A stretch of 32,000 bases of DNA from a cyanobacterium endosymbiont of Rhopalodia gibba. GTDB taxonomy: Bacteria; Cyanobacteriota; Cyanobacteriia; Cyanobacteriales; Microcystaceae. The position numbers and the translations under genes are program-made. The notes below the pieces were generated by a model. The model was not told the origin of the DNA, did not search any database, and saw only the letters and a program-made list of their open reading frames with translations. The stretch is taken from contig CP067995.1 of the NCBI GenBank assembly GCA_045159875.1, forward strand, positions 2,125,303 to 2,157,302, written 5' to 3'. Positions 21,319 to 31,573 of the stretch are shown here, one piece after another (position 1 is the first letter of the stretch; each line of letters opens with the position of its first letter).

Positions 21319-21999
21319 ATGACTGTAGTAAATTCAGAAATTGACATTGCCAGTTATATTGATCATAGCTTACTCAGTCCTACAGGAATTGCCCAAGAAG
21401 TGGAACAGTATTGTCAACAGGCTAATCAATTTGGCTTTCCCACTGTCTGTGTATATCCCTCAATGGTACGTAAAGCAACCGAATTACTTCAAGGGAAGCA
21501 AACCCAAGTTTGTACAGTAATTGGCTTTCCTACAGGGGCAAGCACCTCAGCTGTTAAACTTTATGAAGCCAAAGAAGCAGTAGAGAATGGGGCAACGGAA
21601 CTCGATGTAGTGATCAACTTGGGATGGGTAAAAACTGGACTATCTAATAAAATTTATCAAGAAATTGCTGAAATTTGTACAGAAACAAGACAAACAGTTA
21701 AAGTTGTTCTCGAAACCAATTTATTGACGGATACAGAAAAGCGACTTGCTGCCGAAATTTGTATGGATGGAGGAGCAAGTTATTTAAAGACTAGTACTGG
21801 ATGGTTTGGAGGAGCAACAGTCGCTGATGTAAGTTATCTTAACCAACTAACTAGAGGACGAGTAGGTATTAAAGCTTCTGGGGGTATTCGGACTCTGGAA
21901 CAAGCTTTAGCCCTAATCGAAGCGGGGGCAACTCGTTTAGGAACTTCTCATGGAGTCGACTTAGTGAGACAACAACGTGAGCCAGTCCGAAATATTTAG
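21319..21999 (+). CDS. deoC: Deoxyribose-phosphate aldolase
   Basis: DeoC motifs [28 protein letters not shown], Schiff-base Lys region YLKTSTGW, and [10 protein letters not shown]; 226 aa. Confidence 0.93.
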   Translation: MTVVNSEIDIASYIDHSLLSPTGIAQEVEQYCQQANQFGFPTVCVYPSMVRKATELLQGKQTQVCTVIGFPTGASTSAVKLYEAKEAVENGATELDVVINLGWVKTGLSNKIYQEIAEICTETRQTVKVVLETNLLTDTEKRLAAEICMDGGASYLKTSTGWFGGATVADVSYLNQLTRGRVGIKASGGIRTLEQALALIEAGATRLGTSHGVDLVRQQREPVRNI

Positions 22000-22018
22000 G
22001 GAATTTTAAGAAAAGCTA

Positions 22019-22864
22019 ATGAGTCGAATTTATAAAACCACAGGGATTATCTTAAAAAGAACACCTTTCGGGGAGGCTGATTATTTAGTAAAAATTCTTT
22101 CACCAGAATTCGGTTTAATTCAGGCAGTGGTTCCAGAGGCGAGGAAATATACATCAAAACTAGGCGGACGTAGCCAGTTATTTGTGACTAATGATTTGTT
22201 AATAGTCAAAGGACGATCACTTGATCGAATCATCCAAGCCGACACCTTAAAATCTTACCCAAGATTAGGTGGGAATTTAGGTAAATTGGCTGCTAGTCAA
22301 TATTTAGCTGAATTGGTATCATCTATAGCCTTAGATAAACAACCTCAAAGGGAACTTTACGAACTCCTCAACGAACATTTACATCGCCTCGAAGAAATCT
22401 CATCTGGTCAAAGTTTATATAGTCATTTAGCCCAAGCGGTGTTCCATGTATTGACAATCGCGGGAATTAGTCCTCAAGTTCACACTTGTTGTTTGACTAG
22501 TGAAACGTTATCAGCCAACTTTAGTAATCCTCATTGGCGAGTAGGATTTAGTTTTGAACAAGGAGGTTTGATCAAATTAGCAAGTCCTGAATCTTCCTTG
22601 TCAACTCAACAAGAATCCTCTGAAATTCCCCGGCTTTTAATTAATCAACAACTAAATGCTGTAGAACTAAGTCTTTTGCAACAATTAGTTCATCCTTATC
22701 TTCCGCAGCCACGAAAAATCTTACCTCCAGAGTATCTCAATGATTTTCTATCCTTAGCTTGGGCTCACATCGAAAATCTGTTACGTAATTATGCTCAATA
22801 TCACTTAGGGAAATCTTTTCGGTCAGCCAATCTCAACGGTACTTTATCTCCTTTAGAGTTTTAA
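22019..22864 (+). CDS. recO: DNA repair protein RecO
   Basis: N-terminal OB-fold pattern [33 protein letters not shown]. At 281 aa it matches the long cyanobacterial form. It starts 19 nt after deoC, so the two are likely co-transcribed. Confidence 0.88.
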   Translation: MSRIYKTTGIILKRTPFGEADYLVKILSPEFGLIQAVVPEARKYTSKLGGRSQLFVTNDLLIVKGRSLDRIIQADTLKSYPRLGGNLGKLAASQYLAELVSSIALDKQPQRELYELLNEHLHRLEEISSGQSLYSHLAQAVFHVLTIAGISPQVHTCCLTSETLSANFSNPHWRVGFSFEQGGLIKLASPESSLSTQQESSEIPRLLINQQLNAVELSLLQQLVHPYLPQPRKILPPEYLNDFLSLAWAHIENLLRNYAQYHLGKSFRSANLNGTLSPLEF

Positions 22865-22991
22865 GGTTTAATAGAACTGTGTGATTAACTGCAAAATTAA
22901 TTGCTATCCTCGCAATCAAGTCAAGCAAAACCCTTATTTTTAAGCCTTAACCTATGTCATTTTCTCCCCCTAAGATTTCTCACCTAATTCT

Positions 22992-24386
22992 ATGGATCGC
23001 CAATCTACTCCCTCTAAGCCACCAATGAGTCAGGGGTTTGGCCCTATTCTGCAGAACCCGCGGTTTTTAACCCTTTGGGTTGGACAAATTTTCTCTCAAT
23101 TGGCTGACAAAGTTTATCTGGTTTTGATGATTGCCTTAATTGCTGGTCACTTTCAAGGAGACAATCAACCTATTAGTGGTTGGGTATCAGCGATTATGAT
23201 TGCTTTTACTATTCCGGCGGTTTTGTTCGGTTCCTTTGCTGGGGTTTATATAGATCGGTGGTCAAAAAAAGGGGTGTTAGTTATCTCTAATTTTGTACGA
23301 GGAGTATTAGTTTTTGTCATTCCTCCCCTAATCTGGTTATCCCAAGATAAAACCTTAGCATTACCTGTCTCTTGGCTTCCCGTCTGGTTACGACAGTGGC
23401 AATTCCAAGTTCAAGATAACTTTTTTATTCCTTTGGGATTTTTATTTATACTAACGTTAACTTTTGTAGATTCAACTATTACCCAGTTTTTTGCTCCAGC
23501 AGAACAAGTTACTATTCCCCTGATTGTTGAACGCCGTCATCTGCTTTCGGCTAATTCTCTTTTCACTACTACCATGATGGCTACGACTATTATCGGGTTT
23601 GCCATTGGAGATCCTTTATTAGAATTGGCTGCAACGTTAGCTAAATTCGTGGGATTATCTTGGGAACTCGGTAAATCTTTAGTTGTTGCCTTATCTTATC
23701 TGTTAGCGGGTTTTGTTTTAATTTTTTTAAGGACAGGAGAAAAACGAGAACACTACGAAAAAGAACGTCCCCATATATTTGAAGATATTCGAGATGGTCT
23801 TCATTATCTCAATAATAATCATCGAGTTCGCAACGCTTTAATTCAACTGGTAATTCTTTTTTGTATTTTTGCAGCCTTGTCGGTATTAGCTGTTAGGATG
23901 GCTGAAACTATTCCAGGGTTAAAAGCTGAACAATTCGGCTTTTTATTGGCTTTTGGAGGCTTAGGAATGGCTTTTGGAGCAGGTATTTTAGGTAACTGGG
24001 GTCAACATTTTAGTAAAAATCGATTAGGATTGTGGGGATCGTTGGGAATGGCAGTTTCCTTGGTGGGATTATCTTTGTCTATAGACAATCTATGGTTAAC
24101 GCTGTTGATGACCACATTTTTAGGATTATTTGCAGCTTTTGTCGGAGTTCCGATGCAAACAATGATTCAATCAGAAACGCCTGTTGACATGAGGGGTAAG
24201 GTGTTTGGTTTACAAAATAATGCAGTTAATATTGCTTTGTCTTTACCTTTAGCTTTAGCTGGTATTGCAGAAACTTTAGTAGGCTTGAAACCTGTCTTAC
24301 TTGCTTTAGCTGGATTAGCAGTCGCAGGGGGAATTCTCACAGGGAATACAGGAAAAAATAGATCTGGTAATCAAAGATCAGAGTAA
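22992..24386 (+). CDS. MFS-type transporter (substrate unknown)
   Basis: 464 aa with about 12 hydrophobic spans. The N-terminus NPRFLTLWVGQIFSQLADKVY and the loop motif GVYIDRWSKK are typical of MFS transporters. Confidence 0.85.
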   Translation: MDRQSTPSKPPMSQGFGPILQNPRFLTLWVGQIFSQLADKVYLVLMIALIAGHFQGDNQPISGWVSAIMIAFTIPAVLFGSFAGVYIDRWSKKGVLVISNFVRGVLVFVIPPLIWLSQDKTLALPVSWLPVWLRQWQFQVQDNFFIPLGFLFILTLTFVDSTITQFFAPAEQVTIPLIVERRHLLSANSLFTTTMMATTIIGFAIGDPLLELAATLAKFVGLSWELGKSLVVALSYLLAGFVLIFLRTGEKREHYEKERPHIFEDIRDGLHYLNNNHRVRNALIQLVILFCIFAALSVLAVRMAETIPGLKAEQFGFLLAFGGLGMAFGAGILGNWGQHFSKNRLGLWGSLGMAVSLVGLSLSIDNLWLTLLMTTFLGLFAAFVGVPMQTMIQSETPVDMRGKVFGLQNNAVNIALSLPLALAGIAETLVGLKPVLLALAGLAVAGGILTGNTGKNRSGNQRSE

Positions 24387-24456
24387 TGACTAATTTTAAA
24401 GAAAAAAATAAATCATAACTTCTTTATTATATTTCTCCTTTAGTCACGGATTATCA

Positions 24457-24482
24457 GTAATTTTTTTTATAAAAAAAATTAC
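24457..24482. repeat. 26-bp perfect palindrome gtaatttttttt-at-aaaaaaaattac
   Basis: Read directly, with the symmetry centre between 24469 and 24470. It lies 71 nt downstream of the MFS stop. Confidence 0.85.
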
Positions 24483-25234
24483 AAAATTAATTTTAAACTT
24501 AAGTATAGAATTATATGATATGGTCCTCCAGATCATGTATTTAGGCTATCTAATATTTCTACTTTTTTCCCCTGTCAATAGATTTTAATTCATCTACCGT
24601 TACTATTTATGAATCAAGAAACATTTTTTTAATGACTTTTTATCAGGTTTATACAAACTTATATGGCTCTTATAGACTAGCTATGATAACATCATTATAA
24701 ATAAAACTTGAAAGATATACTTTGCAAATTTTAGAGAATGCGATTCATGATAATGGTTTCGAAAGTTATTGTCTATTAATTCATCACACTGAATCTAAAA
24801 GAGTAATGATTATTTTATTTGTCTCATAAATTTAAAGTAGTAAAAAATAAGGTTAAGTATGCATTGTATCTGTCTTTAGGATAGATTCTAAATTAGAGAA
24901 AACATTAAAAGTAAAATATTATTATAATCTAACAGAGTAGATTTTACCAGAAAAAGAAAACTGAGTTTATTTCTTGTTATATAAAAAAATAATCTAGTAA
25001 AATATCGAAAAATACAAAGTTTATACGATTAAGACAGAAATCATGAAATTAAAAATAAATATTTCTAATTTCAGTTTTGAGAGCAACAATTTTAATTTAT
25101 CTTTGGAAAGTGTCGATAATAGAGCAACTAAGGAGACTGCAAAAAGCTATAAATTTTTTTATAATTACTGATTACAAAAAACTAGGGATGGAATAAATTT
25201 ATGAGCCATAAAGAAATATGAATAACTTAACACA

Positions 25235-25327
25235 TAGTTCTGTCTAAATTAGTAATTTTTTTAACAGTTTACTAATTAAAAATCTTTTTAAAGTAAGTAA
25301 AAAAGTTATCTAATCTAGACAGAACTA
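25235..25327. repeat. 18-bp inverted repeat pair with 1 mismatch (tagttctgtctaaattag / ctaatctagacagaacta) around a 57-nt AT-rich spacer
   Basis: Read directly: 25235-25252 against 25310-25327. Confidence 0.7.
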
Positions 25328-25436
25328 ACTTTAGATAATTTTGGAAAATCTTGGGACAATTAAGAATATCTAAACTAGAGATAAGAGAGGATACTTCTAT
25401 AATTAAATAGACCCTTATAAATTAAGTTATTAAAAC

Positions 25437-28400
25437 TTAATCTACCCCTTCAATTTTATCTTCAAGGTCTTCATATAATTTTTGTAACCTTTCTAAGTTT
25501 TCTGCTGAAGTTTCCTAGTAACCTCGTCCATTTACTTCTAACAAAGTAGATACTATCTTACGGAAAGAATTAGGGTTGAAATTAATCAGACGTTTACACA
25601 TTTTCTTGTCTTTAATCAAAGTTGTATTCACATTTTCATAAACCCAATTGTCTACTGCATCAGAAGTGGCAGACCATCCCATTGTATTAACTAAACGCTT
25701 AGAAAGTTCTCTAACTCCTTCATAACCATGAGATAACATTCCTTCGTACTATTTAGGGTTTAATAATTTAGTACGTGTGTCTAAAGGTACAGTTTCAGAG
25801 AGGGTACGAACTTGTACATTGGCAGTGGTTGGATCCGCAATATATGAAGCAGGTTTTTTACCATCTTCCCGTAAACTGGAGACAACTTTCGTAGGATCAG
25901 AATCAAAATAATGTGAGATATCCGTTAAACTTATTTCTGATGAATCTAAGTTTTTGAAAGTAGCATCAGCAGTTTTTAACGCAAATTCAAATATCTTGTG
26001 GTTATCTTTCATTACTCCTGGGTTATCGGAGTTAAACGCAAAACTTTTCCGATTTAAGTACATATTTCACAATTCTTTTTCTTCTTCCCAACTGCTATTT
26101 TCTACCGCTAAGTTTATATTAGAAGAATAGGAGCCAGAAGCATTAGAAAATATACGGGTTGCTGCTTCACGGAGATTGAATCCCAGTTTATCTGCTTGCT
26201 CGAAAGCGTGTTTACGAACATAGTTTATCTCAACAGGTTCGTTCGCTTCTGCTGCCATTTTAACTGCTTGATCCAATAAATTCATTTGGTTAATAAATAA
26301 GTTACGAAAGACACCAGAACAGTTGACTACTACATCAATACGCGGTCCTCCTAATTCTTCGAGAGGAATTAACTCTAATTTCTTAACCCTTCCTAACGCA
26401 TCTGGAACAGGCTTAACTCCTACCATCCACATGATTTGTGCCAGGGATTCGCCGTAAGTTTTGATGTTGTCGATTCCCCATAACACACAGGCGATAGTTT
26501 CGGGATAATTTCCTCCGGTTTCATTTTTTTGACGTGCTAATAACTTATCTACAACTATTCTAGCGGCTCTAACTGCTTCTAAGGTAGGAATGGATTGGGG
26601 ATCTAACGCATGGATGTTTTTACCTGTCGGCAAAACGTTTGGGTTACGAATAGGATCCCCTCCAGGGACAGGCAAGACATATTCCCCTTCTAATGCTTTA
26701 AGCAATCCTTCTAATTCATTATTAGCACAAAGCTTTTCTAAACAACATTTTAGATATTCAAATAAAGATTTAAACGCTTCTTGATCGACATTTTTATATC
26801 CTAATTGATGTAAAGTTTCTACCCAAGGAACTTTTCTATTCATTTTAAGAAAACTCAGTTTAGAAACAAAAGAAATTCCTCCATCTGCATCTATTTGTGC
26901 TTTAACTAAAGAACTAACGTTTTCTAAAATACCGCGGTCACCGTCTTGATAAATTTCCTCAATATTTCGTCCTAAAGTGTTAGCAATAATACGAGGTCAA
27001 GAGATAATTTCTTCTTCTTTACGATCCAAAGAAGCAATATTGACTAAGGTTGCAATCGCTTCTTCTGCGGTGGGAGGTTTACCTAATGATGTGAAGTCCA
27101 CATGGTAATAAACGGGACTCAATTTCTATCAACTTTCGATAAGTAGAACCGACAATATTATCGCGTTGTTCTGATATCATGTCTTTAGCATCGGTATTAG
27201 GTAATTTGATATCCTGATCTAAATTAACTAAGTGACATTTATCCATGATGGTGTTAACAATGGCAATTCCTCGACCCTCCTCTTTGAGGGTTGGATAAGA
27301 AGCAATTAACTCGCTCAATTCTTTTAACCCTCTGTATAACCCTGCATTCTCAGCAGGAGGAGTTAAATAAGATATGGTTTCTGCATAACTACGACGCTTA
27401 GCAATAGTTGCCTCACTAGGATTATTCGCTGCATAATAATACAGATTGGGAATCATGCCAATTAGAGTATTAGGATAACATTCTCCTGACATTCCCATCT
27501 GTTTTCCTGGCATAAATTCCAACGATCCATGGGTTCCTAAATGTCATACTGCGTCCGCTTTCCAAACTTGGGTTAAATAGGTGTAATAAGCTGCAAATCC
27601 ATGATGGGGACTAGCAGATCTTGAAAAGAGTAACCGCATAGGATCTCCTTCATAACCAAAAGTTGGTTGAACTCCAATAAAAACGTTACCAAACTGTTTT
27701 CCGTAGATTAATAAATTCTGTCCGTCACTGTTTAAATTTCCAGGAGGAAGACCCCAGTTTTCCTCTAACCGAACTAAATAGGGAGTCAACTGTTCGTATT
27801 GTTCAACGGACATCCGATAGGCTATATTTAACTCTGGAGAGGCATATTCTGCTTGTGCATTGTGGATCACTGATGGAAGCAGTGCTTTGGGAGAATCAGG
27901 TAGGTTTTCTACCTTGTAACCATTGCTTTTTAATGCAGTCATTACTTCATAAATAGACCCGAAGACATTCAACTATGCGGCGGTCCCTACGTTCCCCTTA
28001 TCAGGGGGAAAACTAAACACAGTAATAGCCACCCTTTTCTCCCGTTTAGGGTTTTTTCCTAGATTAGCCCATTTTATCGTTCGTTGGGCGACCATTTCGA
28101 TGCGATCTTGCAGTTCAATCGCTCTTCCCGTATTTGCGTCCCGTCCTGAGAGGATAATAGGTTCAATCGCGCCGTCTAATTCAGGAATAGCTATTTGTAA
28201 CGCTACCTGGACAGGATGTAATCCTAGATCACTTTCTTCCCATTCTTGGGTAGTTTGAAACACAAAGGGCAACGCACACACACATATAAGGACGGTTGAG
28301 ACGTTTTAATGATTCGATTGCTTTTGGATGGTCTTGACGAGCTGGACCCCCAACTAAAGCAAAACCTGTCAAAGAAACCACTGCATCGACAATAGTAATT

Positions 28401-29393
28401 GTTTCTCCCCCTTTACTGTAATCTAAGAAATAAGCATCTACCGGTTTAGAAAAGTCTAATCCTCCTGCAAACACAGGAAGCACCCGCGCTCCCATAGCTT
28501 CTAATTCCTGTACTGTAGATAGCTACATAGTGAGCATCATCCCCAGTGACCAGATGGTTCAATAGTAGAATCAATCCAATACAGGGGGCTGAAAGGTCTT
28601 TTAGACTATCAGAAATATCGATTCTACTATTGAACCATCTTAAACAAGAAGGGACATCCTTAAACATTTCCATCGATAAAGGATGCCAAATTCCCATGTC
28701 AGGATAGACTACCGGATCCTGATAGTTAACAGTTTTATCTTCGAGAAGATCTGGATAGGAATATTTATGGGCTAACATTACCAGAAAATTTTCGAGATTT
28801 TCCGAAGATCCCCCCAACCAATATTGGAAACTTAGCATAAAATTGCGAGTATCTTGAGCTTTTTCAACCGGAAGATACTTCAAAATTTGAGGTAAAGTCC
28901 GCAACAGTTTTAACATGGCATCTTGAAACCCTGTGCCGGAATTTTCCTTCCGCTTCCGCATAAATTGGGCGATTGCGTTCTTAGACTGTCCTAACTGGGC
29001 TATAGAAAAACTGCCTAATTTGTTTAAGCGCATTACCTGGGGCATTGAAGAGAAAATCACCACGGCATCTAAATTATCCCAATGGGGTTCCACCGCGTCT
29101 ACGACTTGATCCGCTAAGTCTTCGATAAAAATTAAAGAGGCAATAAATAAATTAGTATCTGCTACTTTACGCTTAAATTCTTCATATTTTTCAGGATTTC
29201 TTAGTTATTCAATTAGATAACCACTAATTTCTATGGCTAATTTAGGGTTATTTTTATTGATTGCTTCAACGGCTGCAGAAAGAGAACTTTGATACTGTGG
29301 CTCCAAAACGACATAGACCACCTTTAACAAAGAACGACCATTAATTGCTTCTAGAACGATATGGCGAATGTTGGACTTTACACGAGTAAACAT
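25437..29393 (-). pseudogene. chlH: Magnesium chelatase subunit H (ChlH) pseudogene: near full length, with 7 in-frame stops and 3 frameshifts
   Basis: Eight track ORFs (29393-29205, 29093-28446, 28495-28229, 28281-27973, 27972-27544, 27522-27079, 26843-26067, 26063-25749, 25739-25515) plus the tail to TAA 25437-25439 join collinearly into about 1318 codons. The N-terminus is MFTRVKSNIRHIV...AIEISGYLIE and the C-terminus is [32 protein letters not shown]. Stops lie at 29205-07 TAA, 27973-75 TAG, 27544-46 TGA, 26997-99 TGA, 26067-69 TGA, 25749-51 TAG and 25515-17 TAG. Frameshifts lie at 28508-28517, 28275-28284 and 27084. Confidence 0.95.
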
Positions 29394-29726
29394 CTATTAC
29401 AGTACTCCCTAATTTTTTGATGATCTAAAGGCTGTAAACTCTTAATCAGAGTTAGCAAAAAATCTTACAAAACTCTATATGTGTTTCTACCAAAAATAGC
29501 TATTATATGAGCAGTTTTTCGACTATTTAACATAATTTTTAAAGAAGCATACCATGATTTTTTACAAAAAGAAACATACTAACGATAGTAGGTTTTCTTT
29601 TTCTTGTTTATAAAAGTTAATTTTACATTCATTGGCGAATTTACTATTGACTGAATCTGCTTACATTCAGATACCATCATTGCTATAATGCTCAAAAAAC
29701 AAATTAAATGAGATTGGAGACTAATC

Positions 29727-29768
29727 ATTTAAAATAACAAGTAAAATTTTTTACTTGTTATTTTAAAT
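29727..29768. repeat. 42-bp palindrome: two perfect 20-bp arms (atttaaaataacaagtaaaa / ttttacttgttattttaaat) around a 2-nt centre
   Basis: Verified base by base: positions i and j pair whenever i+j=59495, from 29727/29768 inward to 29746/29749. Confidence 0.9.
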
Positions 29769-30265
29769 AAAAAGATTATGTTGACTCAGCAAAATACTAA
29801 GAGTTAAAACGTATGAGGTATAATAATGATGAAGAAGGAACAGTACCATGAATTAAGAAAACGGTTAAAGTTCATCTATTAATATTTTTAGAATACTCAA
29901 GTACAACTCATCAGCTTTAGTTGATCATGATTAACTTATAGTTAGTTATTATGTCGAGTGAAAAAAATCGCTGAAATGTAAAAACTCTTAAGTGCCTCTC
30001 ATAATGCTAATTTAGCCGAAAAAAGAGTTAAAAATCTAGCAAATACTCACACAGTATTTTTGACATTTGTGTTTGCAAGTCTGCGATGTGCTTAGTCTAA
30101 CTTGAAAACTGTAATTTTTTTTTATTGGATTCGATCTAACTTTTTACCTACAAGTGATCACTAATAGCCATAGCATTAAGGTTAAGACAATTCATAAAAA
30201 ATGATAAGATCTAATCTAGTATAAACTTCACTGCCTATTTACACACTTAAAGGAAAAGCTACTTC

Positions 30266-31573
30266 ATGATTCACGATATTTTCATGCCTGCACTCAGTTC
30301 CACCATGACCGAGGGAAAAATCGTCTCCTGGGCGAAGTCTCCAGGGGATAAAGTGAAAAAAGGAGAAACTGTTGTTGTAGTTGAATCAGATAAAGCGGAT
30401 ATGGATGTAGAATCTTTTTATGAGGGTTATCTAGCCGCCATTTTGGTAGAGGCTGGACAAGAAGCCCCCGTAGGAAAAGCAATAGCCCTTGTGGCAGAGA
30501 CCAAAGCAGAAATTGCTCAAGCACAGCAAAAAGATCTCTCAGGCTCAGAACAAACTCTTCAAGGAACTACCCAAACTATAGTCTCAATCTCCACTCTTGA
30601 ACCAACTACCATACCAACAACAGCTTTTTCGACGAATGCTTCGAAAACCGATGAAAGTCGTGGCACTAATGGCCGCATAATTGCCTCACCACGGGCAAAG
30701 AAACTAGCTAAACAATTAGGCATTGAGCTCAAAACTATTCAGGGCAGTGGCCCCTATGGACGCATTATTGCAGAAGATGTAGAACGTACCACGGAGAAAC
30801 CCACAACTGCAACTATTACTCCTACTTCATCTTCTGCATCTTCTGCATCTCAACCGACTACCACTCCAAGTACGTCGCCGACTTCTGTACCTGTTATCTC
30901 AGGAGAAACTGTTCCCCTTACTATCCTACAAAAAGCAGTAGTACAAAATATGGTAGCGACGGTACAAGTTCCTACCTATCATGTAAGTTATACGATAACT
31001 ACCGATAGTTTAGATAAACTCTATAAGATAATTAAATCTAAAGGAGTAACTATGACGGTTTTATTAGCAAAAGCAGTGGCTGTCACTCTTCAAAAACATC
31101 CTTTAGTTAACGCTAGTTACAGCGACCAAGGAATCCACTATAATAGGTCAGTTAACGTTGCTTTAGCAGTAGCAATGCCTGATGGGGGACTGATTACTCC
31201 TGTTCTACAAAATGTTGAGCAAATCGATATTTATTCTCTATCTCGTACTTGGAAAGATTTAGTCGAACGCGCTAGAAAGAAACAATTGCAACCCCAAGAA
31301 TATAAAAACGGAACTATTACTATCTCAAATTTAGGAATGTTTGGGGTAGACTTTTTCGATGCAATTTTACCTCCAGGACAAGGAGCAATTTTAGCCGTTG
31401 GTAAATCTCGTCCCCAAATAGTAGTAACTCCAGAAGGATTCACTGGAGTAAAACGTCAGATGACAGTAAATATCACTTGTGATCATCGAGTGATTTATGG
31501 GGCCCATGCAGCTGCGTTTTTGCAAGATTTAGCTTGGTTAATCGAAACCGATGTTCAATTACTAACGATGTGA
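30266..31573 (+). CDS. pdhC: Dihydrolipoamide acetyltransferase, E2 component of the pyruvate dehydrogenase complex
   Basis: Lipoyl domain with VVESDKADMDVE. Thr/Ser/Pro-rich linkers. E3-binding domain IIASPRAKKLAKQLGIELKTIQGSGPYGRIIAEDV. Catalytic CDHRVIYGAHAAAFL. 435 aa. Confidence 0.93.
   Translation: MIHDIFMPALSSTMTEGKIVSWAKSPGDKVKKGETVVVVESDKADMDVESFYEGYLAAILVEAGQEAPVGKAIALVAETKAEIAQAQQKDLSGSEQTLQGTTQTIVSISTLEPTTIPTTAFSTNASKTDESRGTNGRIIASPRAKKLAKQLGIELKTIQGSGPYGRIIAEDVERTTEKPTTATITPTSSSASSASQPTTTPSTSPTSVPVISGETVPLTILQKAVVQNMVATVQVPTYHVSYTITTDSLDKLYKIIKSKGVTMTVLLAKAVAVTLQKHPLVNASYSDQGIHYNRSVNVALAVAMPDGGLITPVLQNVEQIDIYSLSRTWKDLVERARKKQLQPQEYKNGTITISNLGMFGVDFFDAILPPGQGAILAVGKSRPQIVVTPEGFTGVKRQMTVNITCDHRVIYGAHAAAFLQDLAWLIETDVQLLTM

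Noticed and set aside
25515-29393. The eight or nine separate minus-strand ORFs in this interval could be independent genes, or the chlH gene could be read through by recoding or an alternative genetic code.
   Set aside because: The fragments are collinear pieces of one ChlH. The in-frame stops are of all three kinds and replace different residues (Glu, Tyr, Leu, Trp), so no single reassignment explains them. Three true frameshifts are also present. Intact neighbours end normally on TAA (atpA), TAG (atpC) and TGA (pdhC). Several fragment 'M' starts are GTG/TTG codons internal to ChlH.
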